From Planctomycetaceae bacterium (GTDB lineage Bacteria; Planctomycetota; Planctomycetia; Planctomycetales; Planctomycetaceae): a stretch of DNA of 64,000 nucleotides. The notes under the pieces were generated by a model. The model ran no database searches. It had not been told where the DNA came from and worked only from the letters and a program-made list of their open reading frames with translations. Shown one piece after another: positions 18,449-28,358 of this stretch. The stretch is taken from contig JBJTOP010000227.1 of NCBI GenBank assembly GCA_046074645.1, forward strand, positions 40,590-104,589. The letters run 5' to 3'. The stretch's first letter is position 1; every line of letters begins with the position of its first letter. A program made the translations under genes and the position numbers.

Positions 18449-19981
18449 ATGGAAATTCGCTTTTTCAATACTCTGACTCGTTCGACGGATGTTTTTCAGC
18501 CGGTGCAGCCGGACTGCGTGCGGATGTACAGCTGCGGTCCGACCGTTTACGACTTTGCTCACATCGGCAATTTCCGCTCGTTCCTGTTTGCAGACCTGAT
18601 TCGGCGGACGCTGGAATTTTTCGGGCACCGCGTGCATCACGTAATGAACATCACGGATGTGGGTCACATGACGGATGACGCCAGTCCGGACGGTGGTGGC
18701 GAAGACAAGATGCAGGCGGCAGCGCGTCGATTGAAGGAAGACAAGAAGTCGGGCAGGGTTCCGGAGGGAGCCGTGCAGAATCCGGACGATCCGTGGCAGA
18801 TCGCCAGCTACTATACCGACGCATTTCTTGAAGACGCCAGAACGCTGGGGGTCAAGGTCGCCTTTGAGTATCCGGAGAACGTGCTGCACGCGACTCAGCA
18901 TATCGATGCGATGCTGGAGATGATTGGCCAGCTGATCAGCAATGGTCATGCGTACGTGGGTGGCGACGGGGTTGTGTATTACAGTGTGGAGAGTTTTCCG
19001 CGTTACGGACAACTGAGCGGCAACACACCTGACAGCACACTGATGGGCGCTGGTGGCCGAATCAGCGAAGAGAATCAGGCGGCGAAGCGTCACCCGGCCG
19101 ATTTTATGCTCTGGAAGCCCGATCCATCACACATCATGAAATGGGATTCACCGTGGGGAGCCGGCTATCCTGGCTGGCACATTGAATGTTCCTGCATGGC
19201 GCGGCGGCGTCTGGCGGCCGATGTGATTGATATTCATACGGGCGGAGAGGATTTGATATTTCCGCACCACGAATGCGAGATTGCACAGACGTGTGGCGCG
19301 ACCGGTAAGGATCAGTTTGCCCGTTTCTGGATGCACGCCCGATTCCTGCTGGTGGAGGGCGAGAAGATGTCGAAGAGCAAGGGCAATTTTTACACGGTTC
19401 GCGACGTGCTGCAGGGTCGAGTTCGAGACGAGAAGGGGCAGCCGACCGGCGTTTCCGTGCACCCGGCCGTACTCAGGCTGGAACTCATCAAAACCCACTA
19501 CCGCGGAAATATGAATTTCACGCACAAAGGGCTGATTGATTCGGCTGGCGTTGTTCGTCGTCTGCAGGACTTCCGCGGCCGTCTGGAGGCGGCCTGTGGT
19601 GGCCGGGCGGAGGCTGTGGATTTCTCACATCCGGTGCTGCGGGACTTCGCTCAGGCAATTGGCGATGATCTCAACATCGCGGGTGCGCTGGGAGTGATTC
19701 TGCCGTGGGCGTCGGGAACGCCAACGGACGCCGGAGCTGCCCTTGGAGTGCTCAACCGAGTCAACGAAGTGCTGGGGGTTGCACCGCTCACGCCGACAGT
19801 GGAGGCCGCAGGCGCTGATACGGAAGCGGATGAAATCCTGGAACTCTGTCGGCAGCTGGATGATGCTCGCAAACGAAAGGACTTTGCGGCTGCTGACGGA
19901 ATTCGGGGACAAATTCAGAAACGCGGCTACGATGTAAAAACGTCACCTGCCGGTACCGTGGCTGAAAAGCGGCTGGCGTGA
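18449..19981 (+). CDS. cysS: Cysteine--tRNA ligase
   Basis: Class I aaRS motifs HIGN ([17 protein letters not shown]) and KMSKS ([11 protein letters not shown]). The Zn-binding Cys pattern and anticodon-binding C-terminus are consistent with CysRS. Confidence 0.95.
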   Translation: MEIRFFNTLTRSTDVFQPVQPDCVRMYSCGPTVYDFAHIGNFRSFLFADLIRRTLEFFGHRVHHVMNITDVGHMTDDASPDGGGEDKMQAAARRLKEDKKSGRVPEGAVQNPDDPWQIASYYTDAFLEDARTLGVKVAFEYPENVLHATQHIDAMLEMIGQLISNGHAYVGGDGVVYYSVESFPRYGQLSGNTPDSTLMGAGGRISEENQAAKRHPADFMLWKPDPSHIMKWDSPWGAGYPGWHIECSCMARRRLAADVIDIHTGGEDLIFPHHECEIAQTCGATGKDQFARFWMHARFLLVEGEKMSKSKGNFYTVRDVLQGRVRDEKGQPTGVSVHPAVLRLELIKTHYRGNMNFTHKGLIDSAGVVRRLQDFRGRLEAACGGRAEAVDFSHPVLRDFAQAIGDDLNIAGALGVILPWASGTPTDAGAALGVLNRVNEVLGVAPLTPTVEAAGADTEADEILELCRQLDDARKRKDFAAADGIRGQIQKRGYDVKTSPAGTVAEKRLA

Positions 19982-20009
19982 CCGGGTTCTGACTGCTTCG
20001 GGAACGCTT

Positions 20010-20810
20010 ATGACTGCTGTGCTTTTGTGGTGCCTTGCTGCGGCTGTCGGTGGCGGGATTTTCGTTTGGCTGTTGAGCCTTTTGGCGGGTCGCGTGTGCA
20101 TTATTGATGCCTTCTGGGGTCCGGGCTTCGGCTGGCTCACTGCGGTCGCTCTGCTGCAGGTTCCAGCGGAAGCTCGGCAGTGGCCGGAATGGCTGCTGCT
20201 GGGTCTTGTGCTTGCGTGGGGGCTGCGGCTGGGACTTCATCTGGGAATTCGAATTCTGCGAGCCGGAGAAGAAGACCGACGCTACGCCGCCATGCGCGCG
20301 AAGTATGCTCCCAACTTTCACCTGAAAAGCCTTGGAATTGTGTTCCTGCTGCAGGCGTTGATCATGTGGTTTGTGAGTTTGCCGCTGACGACGGGGATCG
20401 CTGTTTTCGCGAGTGAACTATCCTGGGGCTGGCAGTTGTCGATGGCCGCGTCAGGAGCCACGTTGTGGGCTCTCGGCGTCATCTTCGAGGCTGTCGGTGA
20501 CTGGCAGTTGGCGCGATTTCGCGCGAATCCGGAAAATGCTGGTCGTGTTCTTGACAGTGGGCTCTGGGCGACCACACGACACCCGAATTACTTTGGCGAC
20601 TTTTGTGTGTGGTGGGGACTGTGGCTGGTTTCCATTTCGGCTGGTGCGCCCTTATGGACCATCGTCTCGCCGCTGGTGATGGCCTTCTTTCTGATGCGAG
20701 TGTCCGGGGTACCGATGCTGGAGCATGACATTGCCGAGCGTCGTCCTGGTTATGCTGATTACGTGCGGCGGACGAATGCGTTTTTTCCAGGCTGGAAGCG
20801 GCAGCGTTGA
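20010..20810 (+). CDS. DUF1295 / steroid-5-alpha-reductase-like polytopic membrane protein
   Basis: 266 aa, multiple TM helices, and the conserved TRHPNYFGDF motif typical of the DUF1295/ICMT-like methyltransferase/reductase membrane family. Confidence 0.7.
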   Translation: MTAVLLWCLAAAVGGGIFVWLLSLLAGRVCIIDAFWGPGFGWLTAVALLQVPAEARQWPEWLLLGLVLAWGLRLGLHLGIRILRAGEEDRRYAAMRAKYAPNFHLKSLGIVFLLQALIMWFVSLPLTTGIAVFASELSWGWQLSMAASGATLWALGVIFEAVGDWQLARFRANPENAGRVLDSGLWATTRHPNYFGDFCVWWGLWLVSISAGAPLWTIVSPLVMAFFLMRVSGVPMLEHDIAERRPGYADYVRRTNAFFPGWKRQR

Positions 20811-20848
20811 TCGGTCGTGAGCAGACTGGGGAATCAGTCGTCGCCAGT

Positions 20849-21355
20849 TCAGCTATTGCTGCTCTTCAGCCTGCGGAGTGCGAGTACTGTGAAGAGCGCT
20901 GTAACAAGGATTCCGGCGGGCCGTGTGGGGCCGGCTTCAAAGATGACCGCTCCGTTGAAGGCAATGAAGAACAGCCATGCATGCAGGGCGAGAGTGACTT
21001 TGGGGCGACGATTGAGCCATGATGAGGGCTGGATCCAGGACGAGGCGGCATCGGCAATCCAGAGCATCAGGAAGAGGTAGCTGAACCAGAGCCCCTCACC
21101 GAAGGGGATTCCGATGATCTGTTCTGTCTGGATGGCGGTGCTCTGCACGGCCTGTGCATGGCTCCAGTGATGCTGGAAGTGAAACGCAGCGGCCACGTGT
21201 GCGACGAACATCAGGGCTCCTGCGGTCCACAGTGGTCTCACGATTCGCAGGCGTTGGATCGTATCTGGCTGAAGCAGATTGATAACGGTCGCGACTGTGT
21301 AACACAGCAGTGCGATGCGGACGGTCCATGAGATCAGAAGCGGTCCGACTGACAT
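20849..21355 (-). CDS. Hypothetical integral membrane protein
   Basis: 168 aa with about 5 predicted TM helices. No motif recognised. Confidence 0.45.
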   Translation of the reverse strand: MSVGPLLISWTVRIALLCYTVATVINLLQPDTIQRLRIVRPLWTAGALMFVAHVAAAFHFQHHWSHAQAVQSTAIQTEQIIGIPFGEGLWFSYLFLMLWIADAASSWIQPSSWLNRRPKVTLALHAWLFFIAFNGAVIFEAGPTRPAGILVTALFTVLALRRLKSSNS

Positions 21356-21381
21356 GGCGGGAGGCAGGAGACGAAGGGAGC

Positions 21382-23199
21382 TTAGTGTGAGGGATTGAGC
21401 GAGAACATCAGGACGGCGATGTCGGCAGGCGTAATGCCGCTGACACGACTGGCCTGACCGACGGTGGCGGGCCGGTGTCGGCCGAGTTTTTCGCGGGCTT
21501 CCATGCGAAGCTGGGTGACGGATCGATAGTCAAAAGTCTCAGGAATCCGGATGGAGTCTACTTTCCGGAGTCGAGCAATTTCGGCTTCCTGTCGGCGGAC
21601 ATAGCCGGCGTACTGGGCCTCGATCTGCATTTGTCGTCTGGCAGCGGCGGAAAGTTCCAGTTCGCCAATCGCGGGGAACACGGCCAGCAGTTCGTCCCAT
21701 GGGGGCAGTCGGCGCATCCATTCTTCGAGGCTGGCCCCCTGTGAGCGGAGAGTTTTCATGGCGTGGAAGCCGCGTTCGAGTTCTGATTGATAGGCGAGGA
21801 ACCTGGCTTTGCGTTCGGCGGAGACGGTTCCGAGTTCGATGCCGAGAGGCGTGAGTCGGCGATCTGCGTTGTCGTGTCGCAGGAGCAATCGATATTCGGC
21901 GCGGGATGTGAACATGCGATAAGGTTCATCGACACCTTTTGTGACGAGGTCATCGATGAGGACACCGAGGTAGGCCTGGCTGCGGTCGAGCACAAAAGGT
22001 GGTTTTCCCTGCAGTTTTCGAGCGGCATTGATACCGGCGATGAGTCCCTGTCCGGCAGCTTCTTCGTAGCCGGTGGTGCCGTTAATCTGGCCGGCAAAAT
22101 ACAGTCCCTGTACGAGTCGAGTTTCGAGGGTGGCATGAAGTTGGGTGGGTGGTGCGAAGTCGTATTCGACGGCGTAGCCATAGCGCATGATGTGCGCATT
22201 CTCGCAGCCGGGTATCCTGCGAATGATCTGATCCTGGACGTCCCGCGGGAGACTGGTGGAGATGCCGTTGCAGTAGACTTCCTGGGTATTTCGGCCTTCG
22301 GGTTCCAGAAAGATCTGGTGTGTTTGTTTTTCTGCGAAGCGAACGACTTTGTCTTCGATGGAGGGGCAGTATCTCGGGCCGGTGGACTGGATCTGGCCGG
22401 AATACATGGGTGCCCGGTGCAGATTTGCGCGGATGATATCGTGAATTTCAGGAGTTGTGGATGTGAGATAGCAGTGGATCTGTGGCTGGCTGATGTGATC
22501 GGTCAGAAAGGAGAAGGGTTCGGGTTCGGGATCACCGGGCTGAGGTTCGCAGCGTGAAAAATCGATGGTACGCCCATTGAGTCGCGCGGGGGTGCCGGTC
22601 TTGAAGCGGCGAAGTTCGAAGCCGAGGTTGCGAAGTGAAGCGGACATTCCGTGAGCGGCTTTGTCACCGGCGCGGCCACCTTCGGCCTGCTGTTCGCCGG
22701 TATGCATGACTGCTTTCAGAAAAGTGCCGGTGGTAAGGATCACAGCGTGGGTTCGATAGAGGGCATTGCCGGCCACACGAATCCCGGTGACGCGGCCGGC
22801 TTCAGTTTCGAGTGAATCGACGGTTTCCTGGCAGAGTGTGAGTCCGGGCTGTTGTTCGATCCGATGCTTCATCTCGAATTGATAGGCTTTTTTGTCAGCC
22901 TGAGCGCGGGGGCTGTGCATGGCGGCCCCTTTGCTGGAATTGAGCATTCGGAAGTGAATTCCGGCAGCATCGATGACACGGCCCATTTCTCCGCCGAGGG
23001 CATCAATTTCGCGGACAATTTGTCCCTTGGCCACCCCGCCAATAGCGGGATTGCAGCTCATTTGAGCGACGGTATCGCAGTTCATCGTGAGCAGTGCCGT
23101 GCGGGCACCGATGCGAGCGGCGGCGAGCGCGGCTTCGACACCGGCATGGCCGGCACCGACCACCACGACGTCGTAATCATAAATGCAGGATGGAGACAT
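21382..23199 (-). CDS. mnmG: tRNA uridine-5-carboxymethylaminomethyl modification enzyme MnmG (GidA)
   Basis: FAD-binding N-terminus YDVVVVGAGHAGVEAALAAARIGA and conserved MnmG core (GQINGTTGYEEAAGQGLIAGINA). The start is set at the internal MSPSCIYDYD (ATG 23199); the ORF track extends to 23271. Confidence 0.9.
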   Translation of the reverse strand: MSPSCIYDYDVVVVGAGHAGVEAALAAARIGARTALLTMNCDTVAQMSCNPAIGGVAKGQIVREIDALGGEMGRVIDAAGIHFRMLNSSKGAAMHSPRAQADKKAYQFEMKHRIEQQPGLTLCQETVDSLETEAGRVTGIRVAGNALYRTHAVILTTGTFLKAVMHTGEQQAEGGRAGDKAAHGMSASLRNLGFELRRFKTGTPARLNGRTIDFSRCEPQPGDPEPEPFSFLTDHISQPQIHCYLTSTTPEIHDIIRANLHRAPMYSGQIQSTGPRYCPSIEDKVVRFAEKQTHQIFLEPEGRNTQEVYCNGISTSLPRDVQDQIIRRIPGCENAHIMRYGYAVEYDFAPPTQLHATLETRLVQGLYFAGQINGTTGYEEAAGQGLIAGINAARKLQGKPPFVLDRSQAYLGVLIDDLVTKGVDEPYRMFTSRAEYRLLLRHDNADRRLTPLGIELGTVSAERKARFLAYQSELERGFHAMKTLRSQGASLEEWMRRLPPWDELLAVFPAIGELELSAAARRQMQIEAQYAGYVRRQEAEIARLRKVDSIRIPETFDYRSVTQLRMEAREKLGRHRPATVGQASRVSGITPADIAVLMFSLNPSH

Positions 23200-23610
23200 G
23201 TGATTGACTGAATGAGCTTGAAAATGACAGGAAGCGGCGGAATTGATGCGAAAACGCAGCAATTCATGCACGGAAAGGCAGCAAAGCCTGCAGGAATGAG
23301 CAGAGGTACGAGGTTATCAGCATTCGCAGTGGCTCCATTCTGCACGCATTTCTGTACCGATCAAGCTGAACCCTGGCTTTTCGCAGCACAGTCCCGATGG
23401 TGCGAGGTGGTGACGCGGGAGTTGGTTTCGAGGTGGCCGCATGGGTGAATGTGACAATGCGGGCGCAGTTGAAATCTGGCGTTTTCTGCCCGTTCCGGGA
23501 AGTGTGAGTCGCTGTTTGGTGCCGTCTGCGGTGGGTGTTCGGCAGCGTGTGCCGAAGTGATTTGGAGCTGAAAAAAACGGGAGAATTTTGAGTTTTTGTC
23601 AGATCGTGGC

Positions 23611-23648
23611 CGTCTTGACCCGCCTGGCCTGCCCCGGTTATCAAGACG
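23611..23648. promoter_or_regulatory. Perfect 8-bp inverted repeat (cgtcttga N22 tcaagacg) containing a TTGACC -35-like hexamer, in the mnmG/secretin divergent intergenic region
   Basis: Seen directly: cgtcttgacccgcctggcctgccccggttatcaagacg. It is a candidate operator/promoter; there is no experimental support. Confidence 0.25.
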
Positions 23649-23786
23649 TGTAATCGCCGTCGAACCGCGCCGTCAGCGTGGCTCAACACGCGGCGGCAGA
23701 CGGCTTCGATCACAACGTTCAAATCATGGATGAACGCCTGGCGGGTCATTCGACCCCGAACGGCATTCCTGAAGGAGGATCCTCAA

Positions 23787-26700
23787 TTGCACAAGGCCAT
23801 CGGACTCATCACGTGCGCTTCGGTGATGGCCGTGTCGCTGTATTTGTTCAGCGGCGGCGATCCGTCACGAACGCTATCAGCCCAGACCGAACCCGGTGAC
23901 GGGTACGGCTCTGTGGCCCGACAGTTCCTTCAGGATGCTCGGGAACAGGCGCGGCAGGGAAATCCGGAGGAGGCTCGGCGGCTTGCCGAAACGGCGGCCT
24001 CAATGTCCTCCGACTGGGGTTCTGCAGAGGAATCTCCAAAGCAGTTCCTCGCCGCACTCGACAACCCGAAGAAGGGACAACCAACAGAACTGAATTTCCC
24101 GGACACGTGGAGCAGCAAATCTCCGAAACCAGGTCCGGCGAAAGCCCAGGCTTCGGCGAAGGAGAAGGCCGCAGCGAAGGTGGAAGTTCCCGAAGACGCT
24201 GCCGACTTCATGGCGGATCTTGATGAAGTTGCCACCGAGGCGGCTGGCACTGAGAAGGCCGCTGGTGGGGACATGGTCAAGCGCCGGGAAGCTCAGCGTC
24301 TGGTTCGTGAAGCCCGCGCCGCGATGAAATCCGGCGACTTCGCCACCGCCCGCTCCCGCGCCCTGCAGGCTCGGCAGCTGAAGGCTTCGTGGCAGTTGTG
24401 GGATGATCGTCCCGAGCACGTGCTCGCTGACCTCGATGCCCGCGAGAAGTCTGAGACATTTATCGCGGATGCCGGCAAACCAATTAAACAGGCTGCCGAA
24501 AAAGTTCGTCAGGCCGACCAGAAGACAGTGGAGGCCGCTGAGAAGCTGAAGAAGGCTCGCGCCGCCATGGACGCGGGTGATCTTGAAGGTGCGGCAGCAC
24601 TCGCCGGCCAGGCAGATAAGCTCAACGCCGCCTGGGCAATGTTTGAAGACAGCCCATCGCTCGTGCAACGCGATATTCGCCGTTTGCAGCAGGCCGGTGC
24701 TGCTGCAGAGGAGACGTTTGCTGCCATGGAGGAGACGGCAGAGTCCGAGGCCGATGAGGCTCGCATTCTGCTCCGCGAAGCCCGTGATGCCATGGCTCAG
24801 GGACTCGTCGACGAAGCTCGGGAAAAAGCTCAGGCTGCTGCTGAGCTGAATGTTGCCTGGAATGTCACCGATGACCGTCCGGAACTGGTGATGGAGGAAA
24901 TTGAAGCTGGCAGCAGCAGCCGCAGTTCGGCTGTCGCTCGCGGAGAACCGTCGGAAGCTGCCCGTGACCTGCTCGCTCAGGCCCGCCAGGCTCTTGCCGC
25001 CGGTGACCATCAAACCGCAGCCAGCCTCGCTGAAGAAGCTCAGACAGAAGATGCCGCCTGGGATCTGCTCGACGATCGCCCGGAACTTGTGATCGAAGAA
25101 GCCCGGATCATGGCTCAAAACGAATCCGGTCCCCGCGGTCGCCGCGGGACACGCGTCGCTCGAGCTGCCGTGGAAGAGCCTGCATTCGCAGCCATATCTC
25201 CAGATGGATCCTCCGCTTCGGAATCGTATCGCCACGGCATCGCACTGATGCGTCGCGGTGATCGAGCGGGTGCGAAAGCATCCTTCCAGGCGGCGTGGAA
25301 GAATGCCGGTGAACTGAGTGCGATTGAGCGCCAGCAGCTGCATGACTTCCTTCAGGAACTTGCAACGCCCCGGTCCGTTCGGCTCGCCAGTGGCTCGACT
25401 GCTGATGAAGCGGAACCAATGATCGAGGCCGCCGAAGGTCAGGACGCAGAAGTCGCTGCTGACCGTGACGTGCTCGCAGACGCCGCCCAGCGGTCTGATG
25501 TGCAGTACGACCGTCTGCGGACGGAAGTCATGAACAGCGTCTTCCGCGCAGAGAAGATGAAGACATCCAACCCGGATGAAGCTCTGCAGATCCTTGACAA
25601 CACACTCGCCACCGTCGAAGCCGCTCCACTTGAAAAAGAATCCCTCGAAACCCTCGCCGGCTACGTTCGACGCAGCCAGACGACCATCCGTGAGTATCGT
25701 GAGCAGCTGGCACCGAACATCGAGCGAGCTGAACGCAATCGCAATGTGATGGAAGAGATTCGCCGGGAAACAGAAACCAAAATCCGGATCGAACAGGAAT
25801 TCGCTGAGCTGGTGGATCAGTACAATCAGCTGATGAAGGAACGTCGCTACGCAGAAGCTCAGCTCATCGCCCGCAAGGCGAAGGATCTGAATCCGGATCT
25901 GCCGGAAGCCACGATCATGGTTGAGAAGGCGAAGCTGCAGAAGCAGATTGCCTTCAATGAAGACATTAAGGAACGCAAGGCTGACAGCTTCCTTGAGCAG
26001 CTGAATGATGTCGAAGAAGCCATTATCGCACCGGGTCGCGACTATGCCATGCCCGACGCTCGATCATGGGAAGAGCTGAAGAAACGTCGTGAGCGATTCG
26101 GTCGAGTCGATAGTCGCGACCGTTCTGAAAGCGAACTGCAGATTGAAAAGAGCCTCGGCGAGAAAGTCTCGCTGCACTTCCACGACATGCCGCTGACTGA
26201 CGTCATTCGCCAGATTGCCGTTGACCATGGCATCAACATCACCATGAAAACTCGGGCCATCGAAACGGAAGGCCTCTCAGTCACTCAGCCTGTGAGCATT
26301 GATGTTGATGGCATCACGCTCCGCAGCGCCCTGAATCTGCTCCTTGAACAGGCCGGCGGACTGGTTTACTCCATCGAGAACGAAACGCTGATGATCACCA
26401 ATCGGCTTGAGCAGGAAACCAAATTCGTCAACGTTGCCTACAACGTGGCGGACCTTGTGATCCCTGTCGGCAATGGCAATGCAGCTTCGATGTCTCAGCT
26501 TGGTGGCCTCGCGCCGCAGGCCAACGCTCCTCAGCCGAATGGCAACGGTCTGTATCAGGTCAACGATGACCTCGCGGTCTCCATCAGTGGCAATGGACGT
26601 ACCGGCTCCGGTGGCTCCACCGGCAGCAAGGTTAACTCTGCCGCAGACTTTTCCGGCCTGGTCAATCTGATCACAACAACGGTCGAGCCCGGCTCATGGG

Positions 26701-28088
26701 ATGTCGATGGTGGTCAGGGCACGATCGGCCAGGAAGAAAACACGCTCAGCCTTGTGATTCGCCAGACAACGTCTGTTCACGAACAGATCGTGGACCTGCT
26801 TACGCAGCTTCGCAAACTGCAGGACCTGCAGGTCACTGTTGAAGTTCGCTTCATCAGCGTGTCTGACCGATTCTTCGAACGCATCGGTGTGGACTTTGAC
26901 TGGAATGTCAATGACACCCTCGGCGATCCTCCGGGCGTACCCGCCTTCGGCTCCCGTCAGCTCCAGTTCCCAGGTGGTGGTGGACAGGGTGGCGGTGGTG
27001 GTGGTGGCAACAACCAGGGTGGTGACCTTCGCGGTAACCAGCAGGGTCAGGGCGGTGGCGGTCAGCAGGGCCAGCAGGCTCAGCAGGGCGGTCAGAGGCT
27101 GTTTGACCCGATTAACCGCGTGAACTCCCCACGCGATGACTTTAACAGCACGGTCGTCGGGATGTCCGGTCCCAACCAGTTCACCCAGGACTACGATGTT
27201 CAGTTCCGCCAGGGCTCCTTCGAAATCGGTGTGCCCGACTTCGGCGGTTTCCAGCCCAACGCTGGTATTCAGGTCGGCATGGCCATTCTGAGCGACATCG
27301 AAGCCTTCTTCTTCATCCAGGCCGCTCAGGGTGATTCCCGGTCGAACATCCTGTTCGCTCCGAAAGTCACGATGTACAACGGTCAGACAGCGTCGATCTC
27401 CGACTTCACTCAGCGATACCTCGTCGTGGGCCAGGTTCCAAACATCGCTCCGGGTGCCGTTGGCTTCTCACCTCTCGTTCAGCCCTTCCCGGACGGTATC
27501 TTCCTGTTCGTGAACGGCGTGGTCTCCGCGGACCGTCGCTATGTGCGTCTGTCCATGTCACCTTCGTTCATGAACATCATTGACGTGCAGACCTTCACCA
27601 ACGTCAACGCCGGCGGTGCTGGTATCGGCGGTGGTGGCGGTGGTGGGTTGGGTGGTGGCGGCTTCGGTGGCGGTGGTGGTGCCGGTGGCGGCTTTGGCGG
27701 TCTCGGTGGCATCGGCGGCGGCTTCGGTGGCGGCGGTGGCGGTGGCGGTGGCTTCGGTGGTGGAGGCGGTGGTGGCGGCGGTCAGCAGGGACAGCAAGGT
27801 GGCGGGCAGTCCGGCACCGTTCAGCTGCCTGTGATCGCTCAGATCTCCGTCAGCACAGTCGTGAGCGTTCCTGACGGCGGCACAGTGCTCCTTGGCGGTA
27901 TCAAACGACTCCGCGAAGGTCGCAAGATGGCCGGCGTGCCGATCCTGAACAAGATTCCCTACATCAGCCGACTCTTCAAGAACAGCGGTGTTGGTCGTGA
28001 AACGGAAAGCATCATGCTTATGGTCACGCCCCGCATCATCATTCAGGAAGAAGAAGAAGAACTGATCATCGGAACCGCTGCTGAATAA
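23787..28088 (+). CDS. Giant secretin (GspD/PilQ-type outer-membrane channel) with long N-terminal repeat region and Gly-rich low-complexity inserts
   Basis: C-terminal secretin domain (VLLGGIKRLREGRKMAGVPILNKIPYISRLFKNSGVGRETESIMLMVTPRII) and secretin N-domains (ITLRSALNLLLEQAGGLVYSIENETLMITN). Start proposed at TTG 23787, 7 nt after a perfect AGGAGG (23774-23779); the ORF track begins at 23730. Hydrophobic signal-like segment AIGLITCASVMAVSLYLF. Confidence 0.85.
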   Translation: MHKAIGLITCASVMAVSLYLFSGGDPSRTLSAQTEPGDGYGSVARQFLQDAREQARQGNPEEARRLAETAASMSSDWGSAEESPKQFLAALDNPKKGQPTELNFPDTWSSKSPKPGPAKAQASAKEKAAAKVEVPEDAADFMADLDEVATEAAGTEKAAGGDMVKRREAQRLVREARAAMKSGDFATARSRALQARQLKASWQLWDDRPEHVLADLDAREKSETFIADAGKPIKQAAEKVRQADQKTVEAAEKLKKARAAMDAGDLEGAAALAGQADKLNAAWAMFEDSPSLVQRDIRRLQQAGAAAEETFAAMEETAESEADEARILLREARDAMAQGLVDEAREKAQAAAELNVAWNVTDDRPELVMEEIEAGSSSRSSAVARGEPSEAARDLLAQARQALAAGDHQTAASLAEEAQTEDAAWDLLDDRPELVIEEARIMAQNESGPRGRRGTRVARAAVEEPAFAAISPDGSSASESYRHGIALMRRGDRAGAKASFQAAWKNAGELSAIERQQLHDFLQELATPRSVRLASGSTADEAEPMIEAAEGQDAEVAADRDVLADAAQRSDVQYDRLRTEVMNSVFRAEKMKTSNPDEALQILDNTLATVEAAPLEKESLETLAGYVRRSQTTIREYREQLAPNIERAERNRNVMEEIRRETETKIRIEQEFAELVDQYNQLMKERRYAEAQLIARKAKDLNPDLPEATIMVEKAKLQKQIAFNEDIKERKADSFLEQLNDVEEAIIAPGRDYAMPDARSWEELKKRRERFGRVDSRDRSESELQIEKSLGEKVSLHFHDMPLTDVIRQIAVDHGINITMKTRAIETEGLSVTQPVSIDVDGITLRSALNLLLEQAGGLVYSIENETLMITNRLEQETKFVNVAYNVADLVIPVGNGNAASMSQLGGLAPQANAPQPNGNGLYQVNDDLAVSISGNGRTGSGGSTGSKVNSAADFSGLVNLITTTVEPGSWDVDGGQGTIGQEENTLSLVIRQTTSVHEQIVDLLTQLRKLQDLQVTVEVRFISVSDRFFERIGVDFDWNVNDTLGDPPGVPAFGSRQLQFPGGGGQGGGGGGGNNQGGDLRGNQQGQGGGGQQGQQAQQGGQRLFDPINRVNSPRDDFNSTVVGMSGPNQFTQDYDVQFRQGSFEIGVPDFGGFQPNAGIQVGMAILSDIEAFFFIQAAQGDSRSNILFAPKVTMYNGQTASISDFTQRYLVVGQVPNIAPGAVGFSPLVQPFPDGIFLFVNGVVSADRRYVRLSMSPSFMNIIDVQTFTNVNAGGAGIGGGGGGGLGGGGFGGGGGAGGGFGGLGGIGGGFGGGGGGGGGFGGGGGGGGGQQGQQGGGQSGTVQLPVIAQISVSTVVSVPDGGTVLLGGIKRLREGRKMAGVPILNKIPYISRLFKNSGVGRETESIMLMVTPRIIIQEEEEELIIGTAAE
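27611..27808 (+). repeat. Intragenic (GGY)n simple-sequence tract encoding poly-Gly (GGGGFGGGGG...) inside the secretin gene; a second tract lies at about 26977..27090
   Basis: Runs of ggtggcgg/ggcggtgg triplets are seen directly in the sequence. Confidence 0.6.
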
Positions 28089-28195
28089 GCAGTCATCAAG
28101 GTTCTGCCCGGTGTCGGAGACCATCCCTCTCCGACACCCGGCTCAGATCGGGTGCGGTCCGACTGAAGCTGAAACGCAGAGTCCAATTCAGAAAG

Positions 28196-28233
28196 GCCGT
28201 CGCGAAATGCGGGTTTCGCGGCGGCTTTTTTTT
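28196..28233 (+). terminator. Rho-independent terminator downstream of the secretin gene
   Basis: gccgtcgcgaaa-tgcggg-tttcgcggcggc (12-bp stem) followed by T8. A further 13-bp hairpin lies upstream at 28107..28141 (cccggtgtcggag...ctccgacacccgg). Confidence 0.6.
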
Positions 28234-28358
28234 GCGCCGCCAGCGGCCACGAATTCCCCGCAAATCCCGACGATTCGCTAATTTGGATATTGATATCCAC
28301 TAATCGAGTGATAGTCTACCCGGGGCGTATCCAGCTCATCCGTCAAAAGGCGCGCCCG

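Noticed and set aside
18200-19093. 297-aa - ORF
   Set aside because: It overlaps the strongly supported cysS gene on the opposite strand. Arg/His-rich shadow translation.
24000-25343. 447-aa - ORF
   Set aside because: Antisense to the secretin N-terminal repeat region. Low-complexity shadow.
26977-27808. CRISPR-like or mobile repeat array
   Set aside because: The repeats are simple (GGY)n codon tracts inside the secretin ORF encoding poly-Gly. No spacer/repeat periodicity and no cas genes.
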